A stretch of 19,223 nucleotides of DNA from an uncultured Pseudomonadota bacterium (GTDB lineage: Bacteria > SAR324 > NAC60-12). The translations under genes and the position numbers were made by a program. The stretch's first letter is position 1; each line of letters begins with the position of its first letter. This document shows positions 17,336-19,223 of the stretch, piece by piece. The DNA lies in the NCBI GenBank assembly GCA_913020725.1, contig CAJWCD010000069.1:1-19223 (forward strand), in the 5' to 3' direction. The notes below the pieces were generated by a model. That model was given only the letters and a program-made list of their open reading frames with translations. It had not been told where the DNA came from and did not search any database.

Positions 17336-17579
17336 ATGGAGTATGAATGGGACAAAAGCAAACCGCGCATCAACAAAACGAAGCATGGTGTGGATTTTTC
17401 CAGCATTGCTGACTTTGACTGGACAACAGCGTTTGTCATGGAGGATCAACGACGTGATTATGGGGAAATTCTGAATATTGCGTTGGGGTTCATCAGGTCA
17501 AGGTTGCATGCGCTGGTGTTCACAAAACGAAATGAGAAAATCCGTCCTCAAGGAATGGGTCATCCAGCACTCAGGCTGA
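17336..17579 (+). pseudogene. brnT: Deleted brnT-brnA remnant (toxin N-terminal part joined to an antitoxin C-terminal tail)
   Basis: MEYEWDKSKPRINKTKHGVDF...DYGE...LVFTKRNEKIR stops resembling BrnT before the expected IISxR motif. From 17544 another frame reads VLKEWVIQHSG*, resembling a BrnA C-terminus. Confidence 0.75.
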
Positions 17580-17634
17580 GGGATTCGTCTCGTTGAAAAA
17601 AGTTTCGTCAACCCCTTGCAGATAAGGCATCCCA

Positions 17635-17877
17635 ATGCTCTACAAGATACCCTTGAAACTCATCCCTCAGCCGGAAGGGGGCTACACGGTTGTCTCCCCG
17701 TTGTTGCCGGAACTCATCACCGAAGGAGACACCGCCGAGGAAGCCTTGGAACATGCGCAAGATGCCTTGGCAGCGGTGCTGGAGGCTTATGAGGACTTGG
17801 GACACCCACTCCCTCCGGAACTTCATCCCGCAAACACCCGCCGTCCTGTGGAGTTGGAAACCCTGCTGACGGCATGA
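17635..17877 (+). CDS. hicB: HicB-family antitoxin (short, no DNA-binding domain)
   Basis: 80 aa: PQPEGGYTVVSPLLPELITEGDTAEEALEHAQDAL...YEDLG.PLP. Confidence 0.88.
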   Translation: MLYKIPLKLIPQPEGGYTVVSPLLPELITEGDTAEEALEHAQDALAAVLEAYEDLGHPLPPELHPANTRRPVELETLLTA

Positions 17878-18085
17878 CGTACCGTGAGGTCGTCCAGCGT
17901 TTGAGACAACTAGGCTGCACCGAGTTGCCGCGTCGTGGCGGAGGCTCCCATCGAAAATGGTATAATCCCGCCACTGAAAGAGTGACCGTGATCCCGGACT
18001 GGGAGGAAGTGATTTGCGGAACGGAACTCTCCGGGCAGTGGTCAAGCAACTTGGGTTGTCGTGGCAGGAATTTCTGGATGCCTAA
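17874..18085 (+). pseudogene. hicA: HicA toxin, frameshifted
   Basis: MTYREVVQRLRQLGC..RRGGGSHRKW..VTVIPDW continues in the -1 frame from 18002 as GGSDLRNGTLRAVVKQLGLSWQEFLDA* (TAA 18083-18085). One G is missing at 18001-18003. Confidence 0.85.
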
Positions 18086-18161
18086 AAAAAATGTTGCATC
18101 CTTTGACAAAGGGAGTAAAATATGAACGTTGTGTTTTCCGTAGGGTCAGGTTAATTTTTTC

Positions 18162-18190
18162 TTGACCTTTTCTTGAAGAGTGCGGACAAT
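18162..18190 (+). promoter_or_regulatory. Candidate sigma70 promoter for the structured leader and surface protein gene
   Basis: TTGACC (18162-18167), 17-nt spacer, GACAAT (18185-18190), preceded by the AT-rich tract TTAATTTTTT. An alternative is TTGCAT-16-TAAAAT at 18094-18121. Confidence 0.45.
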
Positions 18191-18196
18191 ACAGAA

Positions 18197-18627
18197 CTTT
18201 GAGTGCCTTGCTCGGGGCAAGGTGCGTGGACGAAACCCCTTGGCGGCTCGGCCTGAGCGTTGGTCGTCACGGGGGTCTCGGCTGCAAATCGCGGACGAGC
18301 GAAACGGCAATAGCGGCCGCTTCGAGGGTTTTCGTCCATGCATGCACCATCTTTAGGCTCTCCGAAGGAGTGCTGGCCGCACAGGACCAGCGCGGGTTCC
18401 TTCATGTTTTTCCGGTGCGGGCTCGATCCCGCCCAATGCCGCATTTGCGGCACCGTGGTCCGGAATCTGCACGATTCCGGGAAATAGTCCGTCTTCGTGC
18501 TGGAAATAGTTTCCGGCGTTAGAAACGGACGTGGGCAGTTGCACCTGTGCCTGCATCTGTACCGATTGAGACCCGCACCTCTGGATCGTCCGGGGGCTAA
18601 GGTGTTTGTAATCTCTTAAGGAGTATT
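18197..18627 (+). ncRNA. Unassigned large structured RNA or 5' leader
   Basis: At least 10 mutually compatible helices read by eye, several with G-U pairs that work on the + strand. No convincing protein ORF and no recognised RNA family signature. Confidence 0.6.
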
Positions 18628-19047
18628 ATGCAAAAGCTCAGCAAATTGATGCTCGCTGCCGTTGCAGCGATCGCACTGGCGACTCCCGCAATGGCGTGGG
18701 ATTTCGGCGTGACCGGGACTGCAACTGCAGGCTGGAACATGGCTACGGAAAAGGACAACAGCACTGATACCACTACCGCTTCCTCCATGCGGGTGAGTAG
18801 TGCTGGATCGAGCCTGAAGATTGCGTCTGGCAATACGGATGGAGACAAGACCGTGTCTTTCTCCTACACCCTTGACTGGGACGGCAACCTTGACGAAACG
18901 GTTGCGGCGTCCGGATCCACGAAAGTTGGGGATTGGACCGCATCCGGTGGTGTTTCCTACAACATGGATCGCAGAGGTTGCTCTGGGGACAATGACGACC
19001 ACGGTCTTCATGTCCCAGGTTGTCACGACAGTTTTCGCTGGAAGTAG
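18628..19047 (+). CDS. Secreted/outer-surface beta-strand-rich protein (porin-like), possibly 3'-truncated
   Basis: Strong RBS AAGGAG (18618-18623) and signal peptide MQKLSKLMLAAVAAIALATPAMA. The mature part is rich in G/S/T/D with alternating strands (VSFSYTLDWD, WTASGGVSYN). Only 139 aa. Confidence 0.7.
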   Translation: MQKLSKLMLAAVAAIALATPAMAWDFGVTGTATAGWNMATEKDNSTDTTTASSMRVSSAGSSLKIASGNTDGDKTVSFSYTLDWDGNLDETVAASGSTKVGDWTASGGVSYNMDRRGCSGDNDDHGLHVPGCHDSFRWK

Positions 19048-19223
19048 TTCCCCGTCAGGCCCGGGGAGCAAACAATCATGTCTAATTCTGATGAATAAAA
19101 TTACAATTTCATGAATTTGTTTGTTGAACATTCTACCCCAAAAATAAACTATTACAAAAAAAACAACTTTTGTAACTTCCGGGTCCCAAAATGTGTTTTC
19201 AAGCAATAATTCCATAGGTGAAA

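Noticed and set aside
1992..18085. TA modules as integron cassettes or IS cargo
   Set aside because: No convincing attC (RYYYAAC...GTTRRRY) pairs, terminal inverted repeats, target duplications, integrase or transposase were found by eye.
18146..18556. Short ORFs on both strands across the structured region
   Set aside because: They have no RBS or recognisable motifs and overlap one another; RNA pairing explains the region better.
18197..18627. Assignment to tmRNA, RNase P, 6S, group II intron, or cobalamin/c-di-GMP riboswitch
   Set aside because: I see no tRNA-like ends, no GAGGAAAGUCC, no domain V and no recognisable aptamer consensus. GTGCG alone is insufficient.
18616..19215. 199-aa minus-strand ORF, and other long antisense ORFs such as 12843-13727 and 766-1482
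   Set aside because: These are antisense shadows of well-supported plus-strand genes, with no family motifs.

Overview
A GC-rich bacterial window dominated by an aromatic-acid/CoA-thioester catabolic cluster (132-15123). It contains a divergent MarR regulator, a PaaK-like CoA ligase, a 4-hydroxybenzoyl-CoA reductase-like hcrCAB molybdoflavoenzyme and a 4HBT-type thioesterase. It also contains a Liv-type ABC importer with two enzyme genes inside it: a QueG/reductive-dehalogenase-like Fe-S protein and an acyl-CoA ligase with an N-terminal HTH-like extension. Downstream are a secreted VWA protein, a NifS/IscS cysteine desulfurase, and a signal-peptide-bearing, probably truncated surface protein preceded by about 430 nt of densely structured non-coding sequence. 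Four small toxin-antitoxin modules (brnTA twice, higBA, hicBA) sit at gene junctions, and every toxin gene is broken while three of the four antitoxins are intact. The best candidates for undescribed biology are (1) the large multi-domain structured RNA at about 18197-18627, (2) the QueG/RdhA-like enzyme and HTH-ligase coupled to an Hcr whose catalytic Glu appears replaced by Gln, and (3) the set of disarmed TA modules. All calls come from manual reading and motif recall; no searches or folding programs were run.
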